This document shows, one piece after another, positions 30,072 to 39,054 of a DNA stretch of 64,000 bases. Numbering within the stretch: the stretch's first letter is position 1; every line of letters begins with the position of its first letter. The notes under the pieces were generated by a model. It ran no database searches. It saw nothing but the letters and a program-made list of their open reading frames with translations, and was not told the origin of the DNA. Position numbers and translations under genes: made by a program. Source of the DNA: Nitrospirota bacterium (lineage in GTDB: Bacteria > Nitrospirota > UBA9217); assembly GCA_963840455.1 (NCBI GenBank), contig CAWIYV010000007.1, forward strand, positions 96,001 to 160,000. The letters run 5' to 3'.

Positions 30072-30145
30072 AATGAATTGTCTGGCTTCGTTTCGCATGC
30101 CTTCCGCCACCTATCTCCTGCAGGCCAATTACGATATCCGCACCA

Positions 30146-30257
30146 TTGAAGCTCCTTGCAGCAAGCTGCAGGGAGTCTTCGATCCTCAAGGTTATAATAT
30201 TTATTCTAATCGCTCGCTCACCCCGCAACTGTCTACAGGGCTTGCTCTCGCTCCTGA
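30146..30257 (-). mobile_element. miniature IS200/IS605-like element (112 bp) in intI
   Basis: Removal restores ACC ATT CAG GAA (T-I-Q-E). Confidence 0.88.
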
Positions 30258-30440
30258 TTCAGGAATTGCTCGGCCATACCGATGTCCGGACCACGATGAT
30301 CTACACGCACTGCGTGCCGAGCAGGACGATCAAGGAACTGAAAACCCGCTCGATTTCTGAGCGGGCCTTTGGCGGAGCATAACGTGGTTGAAGCCCCGAT
30401 CAAGTTCGGGGTTGGCTCTGCGGCGACAATGTTAAAACAA

Positions 30441-31478
30441 CTAATCCAGCTGCAGGCCGGGCCGCGCGAGGTGATAGTCCAGGGTCTTCCGGAGCGCAGC
30501 CGTGAGGTCCGTGGTCGGCTTCCAGCCGAGGTACTGTTCCATGTTCCTGATGGACGGCACGCGGGTCTGGATGTCCTGGTAGCCTGCGCCATAGTAGTCG
30601 CCCGAGCTCACGGTCACGATCTTCACCGCGTCGGCCATCTTCGCATAGGCGGGATAGGTCCTGATGAGCTTGATGAGCGTCTCGGCAAGCTCCTTGATGG
30701 ACATGTCGTTCTTCGGATTGCCGATGTTGAAGATGCGTCCGTCGGCCGCATTGTCCCTGTTCTCGATGATGCGGTCCAGCGCGTCGATGCCGTCATCGAT
30801 GTAGGTGAAGCTGCGGCGCTGGGCCCCGCCGTCCACGAGCTGAATGTCCTTGCCGCGCAGGATGTTCCCGATGAACTGGGTGAGCACGCGCGAGCTGCCT
30901 TCCTTGGGCTCCAGGATGTTGTCCAGCTTCGGGCCGATCCAGTTGAAGGGCCGGAAGAGGGTGTACCGGAGACCGTGCTTCATGCCGTAGGCGTGGATCA
31001 CGCGGTCCATAAGCTGCTTGGAACAGGAGTAGATCCACCGTGGCTTGTTGATGGGCCCCAGGACGAGGTTCGAGGTCTCTTCGTTGAACTCGGCGTCAGC
31101 GCACATGCCGTACACCTCGGAGGTGGAGGGGAAAACCACCCGCTTTTTGTACTGAACGCATTTCCGGACGATGTCGAGGTTCGCCTCGAAGTCCAGTTCG
31201 AAGACCCGGAGCGGGTCCAGCACGTAGGTCGCGGGCGTCGCGATGGCCACGAGCGGGATGGCCACGTCGCATTTCCGGACATGGTACTCGATCCACTCCT
31301 TGTTGATGGTGATGTCGCCCTCGACGAACCGGAACCGGTCATGGCCCAGGCACTGGTCCAGCTTGTCGCTGGCCATGTCCATGCCGTACACCTCCCAGTC
31401 CCTGTGCTTCAGGATGTGCTCGGTCAGACTGTTTCCGATGAATCCGTTCACGCCGAGGATGAGAACTTTGAGGCTCAT
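30441..31478 (-). CDS. arnA: UDP-glucuronate decarboxylase (ArnA C-terminal domain, stand-alone)
   Basis: LGVNGFIG, PLVAIATP, PSTSEVYG, RWIYSCSK, RPFNWIGP. Confidence 0.92.
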   Translation of the reverse strand: MSLKVLILGVNGFIGNSLTEHILKHRDWEVYGMDMASDKLDQCLGHDRFRFVEGDITINKEWIEYHVRKCDVAIPLVAIATPATYVLDPLRVFELDFEANLDIVRKCVQYKKRVVFPSTSEVYGMCADAEFNEETSNLVLGPINKPRWIYSCSKQLMDRVIHAYGMKHGLRYTLFRPFNWIGPKLDNILEPKEGSSRVLTQFIGNILRGKDIQLVDGGAQRRSFTYIDDGIDALDRIIENRDNAADGRIFNIGNPKNDMSIKELAETLIKLIRTYPAYAKMADAVKIVTVSSGDYYGAGYQDIQTRVPSIRNMEQYLGWKPTTDLTAALRKTLDYHLARPGLQLD

Positions 31479-31508
31479 GAGGGTCTCCTGATAAACATGC
31501 TTGTTGAA

Positions 31509-31554
31509 TTCAGAAGCGAGCGCATTCCCCGTAGCTTGCTGCAGGGAGCTTCAA
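31509..31554 (+). mobile_element. 46-bp single-hairpin mini-IS derivative
   Basis: TGAA|TTCAGAAGCGAGCGCATT-CCCCGTAGCTTGCTGCAGGG-AGCTTCAA. Confidence 0.8.
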
Positions 31555-31577
31555 TGAATCTCGTAATTTTATGAGCG

Positions 31578-31650
31578 CGTCATTCCCGTGCAAACGGCGA
31601 TCCAGTCATGTATCAATGATCCTGGCTTCCCGCTTCCGCTGGAATGACGA
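31578..31650. repeat. REP-like palindromic element (GTCATTCC...GGAATGAC family)
   Basis: CGTCATTCCCGTGCAAACGGCGATCCAG ... CTGGCTTCCCGCTTCCGCTGGAATGACG. Confidence 0.7.
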
Positions 31651-31723
31651 GAAATATATCGATCAGTATGCATCAGCGGCTTTTCTCTGTGTCCCCGGTG
31701 GTGAACGTTGTCAGGTTTTATCT

Positions 31724-32656
31724 TCAGTCGTGTGGTCTCCCGAGTACCACACCAGTCCTTAGGTCATGGGTCACATCGGCAGCGGATTCTTCGTGGTCGC
31801 CTTCCCACTGGTACCGGGTGATCTCGAGCGACCCTGAACCTGTTGCCACGCGGAGCGGATCGGCCGAAAGGACCGTTCCCGGCTTTCCCTCTCCCCGGCC
31901 GAGCGGCTTTGCCTGCCAGATGAAGAGCCGCTGTTCGTTGAACTCGGTGAACGCACCGGGGTAGGGGTGGGTCACGGCGCGGATGAGATTATATATCCTT
32001 TCAGCGCTCTGTGTCCAGTCAATACGGCCGTCCTCCGGCCTGCGGCCGCCGAAAGAGGTGGCCTGCGACTCGTCCTGCCGTATCCGCGGGGTCGTGCCCG
32101 CCTTGATGGCGTCGATCTGCCGCTCGAGCACCTTCCGCGCGGCAAGGGTCACTTTGTTGAAGACGTCGAAGGCCGTATCGTCCGGACCGATGGGCACCGC
32201 CTCCTGGTCCACGATGTCGCCGGCGTCGGCCCGCTTTACCATGGTATGGAGCGTGGCGCCGGTCTCGCGTTCGCCGTGCAGGACCGCCCAATTGATCGGC
32301 ACCCGGCCGCGGTATTTCGGGAGCAGCGACCCGTGCATGTTGTAGGCGCCGAGGCGGGGGATCGACAGGACCTTCTCGCTGATCATGTTGCGGTAGTAGA
32401 ACGACAAGATGATGTCCGGCCTCATGCCCCTGATCTTCTCCGTCCATACCGGCGTGTTCACCGATTCCGGCGTGTGGACCGGGATGCCGTTCGCGAGGGC
32501 AAGGGCGGCCACGGACCGGAACCAGATCTCTTCCTTCGGATTGTCCTCATGGGTGAAGACGCCGACAATGTTCTCACCCCGCCGGATGAGCATGTCGAGG
32601 CATTCGTAGCCCACGTTGTGGTAGGCGAAGACGAGGATGGAAGGGCGGTCAGGCAT
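31724..32656 (-). CDS. UDP-L-Ara4N formyltransferase (ArnA N-terminal domain, stand-alone)
   Basis: VFAYHNVG, SFYYR, NMHGSLLPKYRGRVPINWA, RAVTHPYPGA. Confidence 0.92.
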   Translation of the reverse strand: MPDRPSILVFAYHNVGYECLDMLIRRGENIVGVFTHEDNPKEEIWFRSVAALALANGIPVHTPESVNTPVWTEKIRGMRPDIILSFYYRNMISEKVLSIPRLGAYNMHGSLLPKYRGRVPINWAVLHGERETGATLHTMVKRADAGDIVDQEAVPIGPDDTAFDVFNKVTLAARKVLERQIDAIKAGTTPRIRQDESQATSFGGRRPEDGRIDWTQSAERIYNLIRAVTHPYPGAFTEFNEQRLFIWQAKPLGRGEGKPGTVLSADPLRVATGSGSLEITRYQWEGDHEESAADVTHDLRTGVVLGRPHD

Positions 32657-33590
32657 CGATGTCCTCGTACACCTCGCGGACCACGAAGCGCGGCCGCCTG
32701 CGGACCTCCTTGTAGATGCGGCCGATGTACTCGCCGATGATGCCCAGGCCCATCATAGCGACGCCAACAAGGAAGTAAAGGATGGCGAAGAGGGTGAACA
32801 GCCCCTCTGCCTCGGGGCCCACGATCAGTCGGCGGATGAGGAGGAAGACGACGAAGAGCAGGCTCAGGACGGCGACAACGATGCCGAAGACCGTGAAGAC
32901 CTGGAGCGGCACTACCGAAAAGCCGGTCATGAGGTCGAAGTTGAGCCGCACGAGGTCGTAGATCCGGTACTTGGACTCGCCGGCCGCGCGGGCGGCATGC
33001 TCAACCTCCACCTCCGCGGGGCTTGCCGAATAGCTGTAGGCAAGCGCAGGGATGAACGTCGAGGTCTCGCCGCTGGCCACGATGGCCTCGACGATGTTCC
33101 TCCGGTAGGCCCGGAGCATGCAGCCCTGGTCGCGCATGCTGATCCGGGTGATCTTGGCGCGGATGCCGTTGATGATCCGTGACGCGTATTTCCGGAAGAA
33201 GGTGTCCTGGCGGTTCTTCCGGTAGCCGCCCACGGAGTCGTGGCCCGCCTCGATGGCTGCGAGCAGCTTGGGGATCTCCTCGGGCGGGTTCTGGAGGTCG
33301 GCGTCGAGTGTCACGACCACGTCGCCGCGCACCCGTTCGAAGGCCGCCATGATGGCCATGTGCTGGCCGAAGTTGCCGTTGAAGTCGATGACCCGCACCT
33401 GCTTCGGTCGCTGCTTGTGGAACTCCTTCAGCATCTCGCCGGAGCGGTCGCGGCTGCCGTCGTTCGTGAACAGGACCTCCCAGGTCTTGCCGGTCTTGTC
33501 CATGGCCGCCGTGAGGCGCGTGAACAGTGCCGCAAGGTTGTCCTGCTCGTTGTAGACGGGGATGACGATGCTGACATAGGGTTTTGCCAT
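32649..33590 (-). CDS. arnC: undecaprenyl-phosphate Ara4FN transferase (GT2)
   Basis: IPVYNE, NFGQHMAIMA, DADLQNPPEEIP, two C-terminal TMs. Confidence 0.92.
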   Translation of the reverse strand: MAKPYVSIVIPVYNEQDNLAALFTRLTAAMDKTGKTWEVLFTNDGSRDRSGEMLKEFHKQRPKQVRVIDFNGNFGQHMAIMAAFERVRGDVVVTLDADLQNPPEEIPKLLAAIEAGHDSVGGYRKNRQDTFFRKYASRIINGIRAKITRISMRDQGCMLRAYRRNIVEAIVASGETSTFIPALAYSYSASPAEVEVEHAARAAGESKYRIYDLVRLNFDLMTGFSVVPLQVFTVFGIVVAVLSLLFVVFLLIRRLIVGPEAEGLFTLFAILYFLVGVAMMGLGIIGEYIGRIYKEVRRRPRFVVREVYEDIDA

Positions 33591-33656
33591 GGTTCCTGTC
33601 TCCACAATATAAGAACGACAACCTGATGCCAGGGAACTGTGAAGGCCAAAAAGAGG

Positions 33657-33733
33657 GCCGCACTGAGGCGCGAAGAGCGCGAAGGTTTGACCCAGGAATC
33701 AGTTTTTCTTAACGTCCTTGGCGTCTTTGCGGT
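33657..33733. repeat. periodic inverted-repeat element (AAG variant, like GxxExxY flanks)
   Basis: GGCGCGAAG-AGCGCGAAG ... CTTGGCGT-CTTTGCGGT. Confidence 0.7.
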
Positions 33734-33768
33734 AAATCGAATTTCCTGAGCCGGTCATGCATGAGACA

Positions 33769-34941
33769 TCAACTTTTAATCTTGAATAGGTCCTTCATCG
33801 CAACGATGACCCGGTCCTGGTCCGCGTCGGTCATCAGCGGGAAGAGCGGCAGGCTCACGATGCGGTCCGAGATGGTCTCGGCGACCGGGAAGTCGCCGTG
33901 CTTGAAGCCGAACTGCTCACGGTAGTAGGGATAGAGGTGCACGGCGCGGTAGTGCAGCCCGGTGCCGATGTTCCGGTCCTTCATACCCTGCATAAAGGCG
34001 TCGCGGTCCATCTTCGCGGCGTCAGGATTGATGAGCGGCGTGTAGAGGTGCCAGGCATGAAGATGCGGATACGCTGGCGCCGTGGTGAGGGTCCACTGTG
34101 GCCACCCGGCGAGGAGCCTGTGATAGCGGAGCGCGAGCTCAGTGCGGCGTTTGATAAAGCCATCCAGCTGCTTCAGCTGATGGAGCCCCAGGGCCGCCTG
34201 GATGTCCATCATGTTGTACTTGTATCCCGGCGCGATGATCTCGTAGTGCTGGCTGCCCTTCTTGCCAAAGCGGTTCCAGGCCTCGCGGTCCATGCCATGG
34301 AAACGGAGCAGGGCCACGTCGCCGGCCATCTTCTCGTCCCGCGTGGCAACGCATCCGCCCTCGCCGGTGGTCATGTTCTTGTTGGGGTGGAAGCTGAAGA
34401 CCTGGATGTCGCCGAAACTGCCGATGCGCTTTCCCCTGTACTCAGTGCCGATAGCGTGGGCCGCGTCCTCGATGACCCGGAGGTTGTGCCGCTTCGCGAT
34501 GTCATACAGCGGGTCCAGGTCAACAGGGAGGCCGGCGAAGTGCACCGGCATGATGGCGCGCGTGCGCTTCGTCACGGCCTTTTCGACCGACCTCACCTCC
34601 ATATTATAGGTCCCGGGCTCAACGTCCACCAGCACCGGCTTCCCGCCGGCAAGGACGATGGTGTTCAGCGTGGCCGCGAAGGTCATGGGCGTGGTGATGA
34701 CCTCGTCCCCGGGCTGGAGCTTCAGAGCGGTCAGCACGAGGTGGAGGCCCGCAGTTGCCGAGGTGAGGGCGAGGACCTGCGGAGCGCCGAGGTAGGCCTT
34801 CAGGTCGTCCTCGAACTGCTTGACCCTCGGACCCGTGGTGATCCACCCGGATTTCAGGCACGATACGACCTCGTCGATCGCTTCCGGGGAGATCGAGGGG
34901 CGGGAGAAGGGAAGAAATTCTTCTGGTTTGTTTTCTGACAT
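33769..34941 (-). CDS. arnB: UDP-4-amino-4-deoxy-L-arabinose aminotransferase
   Basis: FLPFSRP, SGWITTGP, EDAAHA, SFHPNKNMTTGEGG, GTGLHY. Confidence 0.92.
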   Translation of the reverse strand: MSENKPEEFLPFSRPSISPEAIDEVVSCLKSGWITTGPRVKQFEDDLKAYLGAPQVLALTSATAGLHLVLTALKLQPGDEVITTPMTFAATLNTIVLAGGKPVLVDVEPGTYNMEVRSVEKAVTKRTRAIMPVHFAGLPVDLDPLYDIAKRHNLRVIEDAAHAIGTEYRGKRIGSFGDIQVFSFHPNKNMTTGEGGCVATRDEKMAGDVALLRFHGMDREAWNRFGKKGSQHYEIIAPGYKYNMMDIQAALGLHQLKQLDGFIKRRTELALRYHRLLAGWPQWTLTTAPAYPHLHAWHLYTPLINPDAAKMDRDAFMQGMKDRNIGTGLHYRAVHLYPYYREQFGFKHGDFPVAETISDRIVSLPLFPLMTDADQDRVIVAMKDLFKIKS

Positions 34942-34985
34942 CGTAATCCTCAAGAACAAGGAGCCGGCCGACAAAAAAAGGATTT

Positions 34986-35060
34986 ACCGCAGAGAGCGCG
35001 GAGCGAGCTGAGAGAGAATGGAGCAGATAAAAAACTCTGCGATCTCTGCGTGCTCTGCGG
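34986..35060. repeat. 9-nt-periodic inverted-repeat element
   Basis: ACCGCAGAG-AGCGCGGAG-CGAGCTGAG ... CTCTGCGAT-CTCTGCGTG-CTCTGCGG. Confidence 0.85.
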
Positions 35061-35082
35061 AGAAAAAGGATATTTAAGTGTT

Positions 35083-35448
35083 TCAGCTTCTCGTGACGAA
35101 GTACACGCCCACGCAGATGATCAGGATGCCGGTGATGCGCGTGAGCGAGAGGTTCTCCTGGAACAGGTAGTAGCCCGCCACGGCGTTCACGATGTAGCCC
35201 ACGCTCAGAAGGGGGTAGGCGAAGCTCACCTCCACGCGAGACAGGACCAGGAGCCACACGCCGACGCTCACGACGTAGCAGGCCAGGCCGGCAAGGACAA
35301 AAAGGTTTCCCGCGACCATGAACCCGATGGGGACGATATTGGCCCAGATGAACTCGAAGTGTCCGATGCGGCGCATGCCCTCTTTCAGGAAGAGCTGTGC
35401 AGCTGCGTTCAGCATCACACCGAGCATGATCAGCGGCAGATAGTTCAC
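35083..35448 (-). CDS. ArnE/ArnF-like SMR/EamA flippase
   Basis: 4 TMs, AQLFLK, VSFAYPLLSVGY. Confidence 0.85.
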   Translation of the reverse strand: MNYLPLIMLGVMLNAAAQLFLKEGMRRIGHFEFIWANIVPIGFMVAGNLFVLAGLACYVVSVGVWLLVLSRVEVSFAYPLLSVGYIVNAVAGYYLFQENLSLTRITGILIICVGVYFVTRS

Positions 35449-37148
35449 GGGGATTCCTCCCGGTTCACCAGGGTCACGTGCTGGGGGGTAGGGGACTCCT
35501 CAACGATGTGATAGTGACCCAGCCCGCTATTCACGAGTCTAACATAATTTTCCTTATTCGTCACCAGGAAGACTCGGTTCGGGCCGTTCCATCGCCGCCA
35601 GAACTCATCTTCATTAATCATCCAGCTGCTCGTGTCCTCGACCTTGGTCCCAAAATCCAGCTCCCCGGTCCATTCAACGACGGTGATCCTCCGTTCAAGG
35701 TACACCGGGAGGTCCTGATAGTACGTACGGTAGCTCATGACCTCGTCTTCCGGCCTGAGCAGCGGCTTCAGCAGAAGCGACTCATCCTTCAAAGAACGCA
35801 TGTCGAGATGGGGCATTGCCGTGTTCGCGGTGATCAGGAATAGGCTTGTTGCGGCAATGAGCGCTGCGAGCGATCGCTGGATGCCGTATTGTTTTTTCAG
35901 GAACCAGGTGATTGCGACGCTTGCAAGAAGGATGACGATGAGCGCCACCGAGTAGGGTCGGAACACTGCAACGTCTATCTCAGGCCGGAACCGCGGAAGG
36001 AGCGCCAGGGCCGCGGCAAGGGCCAGGGCCAGGAAGAAAAGGCCGACGTAGGCGACCTGGAACCCGGGGATCGCTCCCTGTTCCCAGGCATCGGCAAGAT
36101 ACTTCCCGATGATCAGCGCGAGAGGCGGGAACACCGGCAGGATATAGGGAATCAGTTTGGAGCTCGATGCGGAGAAGAACAGGAAGATCAGGCCGGCCCA
36201 GAGCAGCAAGAAGACCGTCTCCCGGTGCAGGTGCCGGTCCTTCCAACGGGGGAGCACCCGCCGCACAGCCTGGACCAGGAACGCGGACCAGGGGAAGAGA
36301 CCTCCCGCAAGCACGGGGATGAAGAACCAGAAGGGCTTGAACCGTCCGTGCACCTTGGTGAGGTACCGCTCGAAATGTTCATGGATGAAATAGAAATTGA
36401 AGAACTCGGGATTCGCCCGCTGCACGAGGATGTGCCAGGGCGCCGCGATCAGCAGGAAGAGGGCGATTCCCGAGGGAAGATACAGTGAGCGCAGGATGCT
36501 CCACTGGTTCATGATGAGCATCCAGACGAAGATGATCATCCCCGGGATAGCGACGCCGATCAGACCCTTGGTCAGCATGGTCAGGCCGCAGCCTGCGTAG
36601 AAGACGTAGAGCAGCGCGCGCCGCTTCCATCCGTCCGGTTCGCGCAGGGCGATCAGGAACGCGCAGAGCGACAGGGTGAGCAGTGCCGTTACCGGCAAGT
36701 CGAGAATAACCGTCCTGCTCAATGCGTAGTAAAGGACGCTCGTTGCCAGGACGATCGCCGACAGAATGCCGGCGCGGCGGCTGAAGAGCTTCGTCCCGGC
36801 CATATAGAGGGAAAGGCAGCCCAGGAGGGCGAAAAAGGCCGGAACGAGACGCACCGACCATTCGGACAGGCCGAAGAGTTTGATGGACAGCGCCGTGATC
36901 CAGTAGACGAGCGGGGGCTTCTCGAAGTACTTGACGCCGTTCAAGCGCGGGGTGAGCCAGTCGCCGGTAACGACCATCTCCCGCGGGATCTCGACATAGC
37001 GGCCCTCATCAGGCACGGACAGGGGGCGGCTGCCGAGGAACAGGGCAAAGAACAGCCCGATCATGACGATAAGGATGACGATGTCCCGCGGTTGGGTACC
37101 AGTCCGAAGATCTTTTACGGCATCGGTTTCACGGGTTCCAGTTGGCAT
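35445..37148 (-). CDS. arnT: lipid A 4-amino-arabinose transferase (GT39/83)
   Basis: PDEGRYVEIPREM, YFEKPPL, TKG, SSKLIPYILP. Confidence 0.9.
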   Translation of the reverse strand: MPTGTRETDAVKDLRTGTQPRDIVILIVMIGLFFALFLGSRPLSVPDEGRYVEIPREMVVTGDWLTPRLNGVKYFEKPPLVYWITALSIKLFGLSEWSVRLVPAFFALLGCLSLYMAGTKLFSRRAGILSAIVLATSVLYYALSRTVILDLPVTALLTLSLCAFLIALREPDGWKRRALLYVFYAGCGLTMLTKGLIGVAIPGMIIFVWMLIMNQWSILRSLYLPSGIALFLLIAAPWHILVQRANPEFFNFYFIHEHFERYLTKVHGRFKPFWFFIPVLAGGLFPWSAFLVQAVRRVLPRWKDRHLHRETVFLLLWAGLIFLFFSASSSKLIPYILPVFPPLALIIGKYLADAWEQGAIPGFQVAYVGLFFLALALAAALALLPRFRPEIDVAVFRPYSVALIVILLASVAITWFLKKQYGIQRSLAALIAATSLFLITANTAMPHLDMRSLKDESLLLKPLLRPEDEVMSYRTYYQDLPVYLERRITVVEWTGELDFGTKVEDTSSWMINEDEFWRRWNGPNRVFLVTNKENYVRLVNSGLGHYHIVEESPTPQHVTLVNREESP

Positions 37149-37211
37149 GGGGGAAAGTCTAGCGTGTCAGCGTCACGGATCTGGATGGAAGCGGCGACGA
37201 TCCAGGGCCCT

Positions 37212-37240
37212 ATAATATCGTTGAACTGTTCGGTTGTCAA
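37212..37240 (-). promoter_or_regulatory. sigma70 promoter upstream of arnT
   Basis: TTGACA-17 bp-TATTAT. Confidence 0.6.
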
Positions 37241-37242
37241 TT

Positions 37243-38913
37243 CTATTTCAGACGGATCATATCCGAAGAAAGAGGCTGCGGATGCTGGCCGGGGTGGGGT
37301 GATCGATGATAGAGCGTGAAGTGGTCTTTGGGGAGTTCCTGGGGCCTGATGCCTTCCCACAGGATATGCCAGTTGTGGCTTGAAGCGGTATCTATCCTGT
37401 CCCGGTCGAGTCCCACGAGCAAGAGGTCGCAGGGAACCGTGGTCTCGAACTCGAGAGGGCGGACCTGGACACCTGAATAATATTCCAGCATGGCGCGCTC
37501 CGATTCACCGATCCCGTAGGATGCAACGCATTGATACTGGTCGGGCAGTTTTTCGCGGAAAGAGGTGAAGACATCCCGGTAGCTCGTCTGCCCCTCGAAC
37601 CAGGGGAGCCAGAGGGTCATGGCGAGCCCCCAGGCGAACATCATCCCGGCGGCCCAGGAGACCGGAAAGGGAACGTTCTGCCGGAACAGCCTCTTCACGC
37701 CGGCCAGCCAGAGCGCGGTGATGAGCACGGCGCTGCCGAGAAGCAGCACGTCCAATGGCCGGTAATGGACGGTGCTCAGGGGAAGCTGTCGGGCGAGTAC
37801 CGGATGTCCGCATATCCGCGCCAGCCAGATCAGCCAGAGCGCCAGCCCCAGAAGGCCGAACAGGACCGTGATGATCCGATGGATGGATCCGGTAATTCGG
37901 TCCGGCAGTCTTTCGATGCCAGCGGCAGCCATCACGGTCATCGGCAGGAGGAAAGGAAGTGCGTAGAGCTCGCGGTTGCTTGACGAGGCGCTGAGCACCG
38001 CAAACAACACCAGAAGCGAGGCGAGGGGAAGTTCATAGACCGCGTGCTCCCGCATCTGTCTGCGGAAGGACCATAATGACCAGAGCGCCAGCGGGAGCAC
38101 GGGAAATGCGAGCCAGGTCAGGTTCAGGAGATAGTACCAATGACTGTCCCCGCTGCCGGCACGGGCGAAGCCGAGGAACCGTCCCAGGTTCTGGTACCAG
38201 AACCATTCCACGAAATACCCGCGGGAGCGGAGAAAGAGGGCCGCCGGCCAGATGACCAGCCACGGCAGGGCCGCAATGACCGCGACGCCGAGCGCCCTGG
38301 CGTACGCCTTTCTGCGCCATGCCGGGAACAGGAGGGGGAGTGCCAGCGCTGTGGCAGCGATCACGCCCGGCGCGAGCAGGCCCTTTGCCAGAAACCCGAT
38401 GCCCAGGCCGGTGCCGCTCCAAAAGCCTCCCCAGCCGGGACGCCGCCTGCTGATGGCAAGCCCGAAATAGGACGCTGAGAAACCGGTCAGGAGGGCCACG
38501 TCCGTGATCGTTTTGTGGGCAGGCATCTGGAGCAGCGTACATCCCATTAATATGAGGGGAGCGGTCCAGGCCGCGTCTGCCCCGGCGATCTCATGCGTGG
38601 TGAGAGCCAGGAAGAGCAGGGTCAGAAACATCCATGCGATGTTGACAAGCCGGACCGCGTCGTGAGGTGCCAGCAGTGAAGAGAAGAGCGATCCCGACAG
38701 GGCGGCGCTCAGGTAATAGAGGGGCGGCTTTTCGAGGAACGGCAGTCCGGCCACGGACGGCACGACCATATCCCAGGTCTGCATGATATGGTGGACAATG
38801 CCAAAGCTGTAAGGCTCGTCGGCCTTCCAGGGATCGCGGCCGATCAGGCCGGGAAGCATCCACAAGAGGAACAGGAATGCCAGGAGTATTTTCGGGACCT
38901 TTTTCACGGGCAC
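37243..38913 (-). CDS. second ArnT-like GT-C glycosyltransferase
   Basis: RDPWKADE, FLEKPPLYY, AKG, RELYALP, many TMs. Start uncertain. Confidence 0.8.
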   Translation of the reverse strand: MPVKKVPKILLAFLFLLWMLPGLIGRDPWKADEPYSFGIVHHIMQTWDMVVPSVAGLPFLEKPPLYYLSAALSGSLFSSLLAPHDAVRLVNIAWMFLTLLFLALTTHEIAGADAAWTAPLILMGCTLLQMPAHKTITDVALLTGFSASYFGLAISRRRPGWGGFWSGTGLGIGFLAKGLLAPGVIAATALALPLLFPAWRRKAYARALGVAVIAALPWLVIWPAALFLRSRGYFVEWFWYQNLGRFLGFARAGSGDSHWYYLLNLTWLAFPVLPLALWSLWSFRRQMREHAVYELPLASLLVLFAVLSASSSNRELYALPFLLPMTVMAAAGIERLPDRITGSIHRIITVLFGLLGLALWLIWLARICGHPVLARQLPLSTVHYRPLDVLLLGSAVLITALWLAGVKRLFRQNVPFPVSWAAGMMFAWGLAMTLWLPWFEGQTSYRDVFTSFREKLPDQYQCVASYGIGESERAMLEYYSGVQVRPLEFETTVPCDLLLVGLDRDRIDTASSHNWHILWEGIRPQELPKDHFTLYHRSPHPGQHPQPLSSDMIRLK

Positions 38914-38986
38914 GTGATGGTTCAGGATACGATCCTGAGAGCGGAAGCGCACGCGCCGGCAGGCCGGCGAGTGAGGAGGCAGGGCT

Positions 38987-39015
38987 ACTCTATAAGGAAG
39001 GAGGGCATCTGTCAA
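38987..39015 (-). promoter_or_regulatory. sigma70 promoter candidate
   Basis: TTGACA-17 bp-TAGAGT. Confidence 0.5.
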
Positions 39016-39054
39016 TCTGCTCCAGCACCGGGGGGATAGAGCATGATGGACCTG

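Larger units (their letters stand above)
28556..30360 (+). pseudogene. intI: integron integrase, multiply disrupted
   Basis: Fragments RHY^SRKTLKAYAGW, VSASTQNQAFNSLLFLF, LLYGCGLR and ANYDIRTI^QELLGHTDVRTTMIYTH. It carries two mini-IS insertions, a central replacement and a terminal frameshift. Confidence 0.92.
25656..30435. mobile_element. integron (intI pseudogene, attI, 5 cassettes) inserted in arn operon
   Basis: Four attC sites, attI core, Pc promoter and intI fragments. Cassettes are lower in GC. GTTAA direct repeat at both ends. Confidence 0.9.

Noticed and set aside
29641-30360. 239-aa GxxExxY-integrase fusion ORF
   Set aside because: Chance read-through after a frameshift, across an inverted-repeat arm, an intI remnant and a mini-IS.
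30441-32656. Split arnA as a novelty
   Set aside because: Separate formyltransferase and decarboxylase genes are a known arrangement, and both have proper starts and stops.
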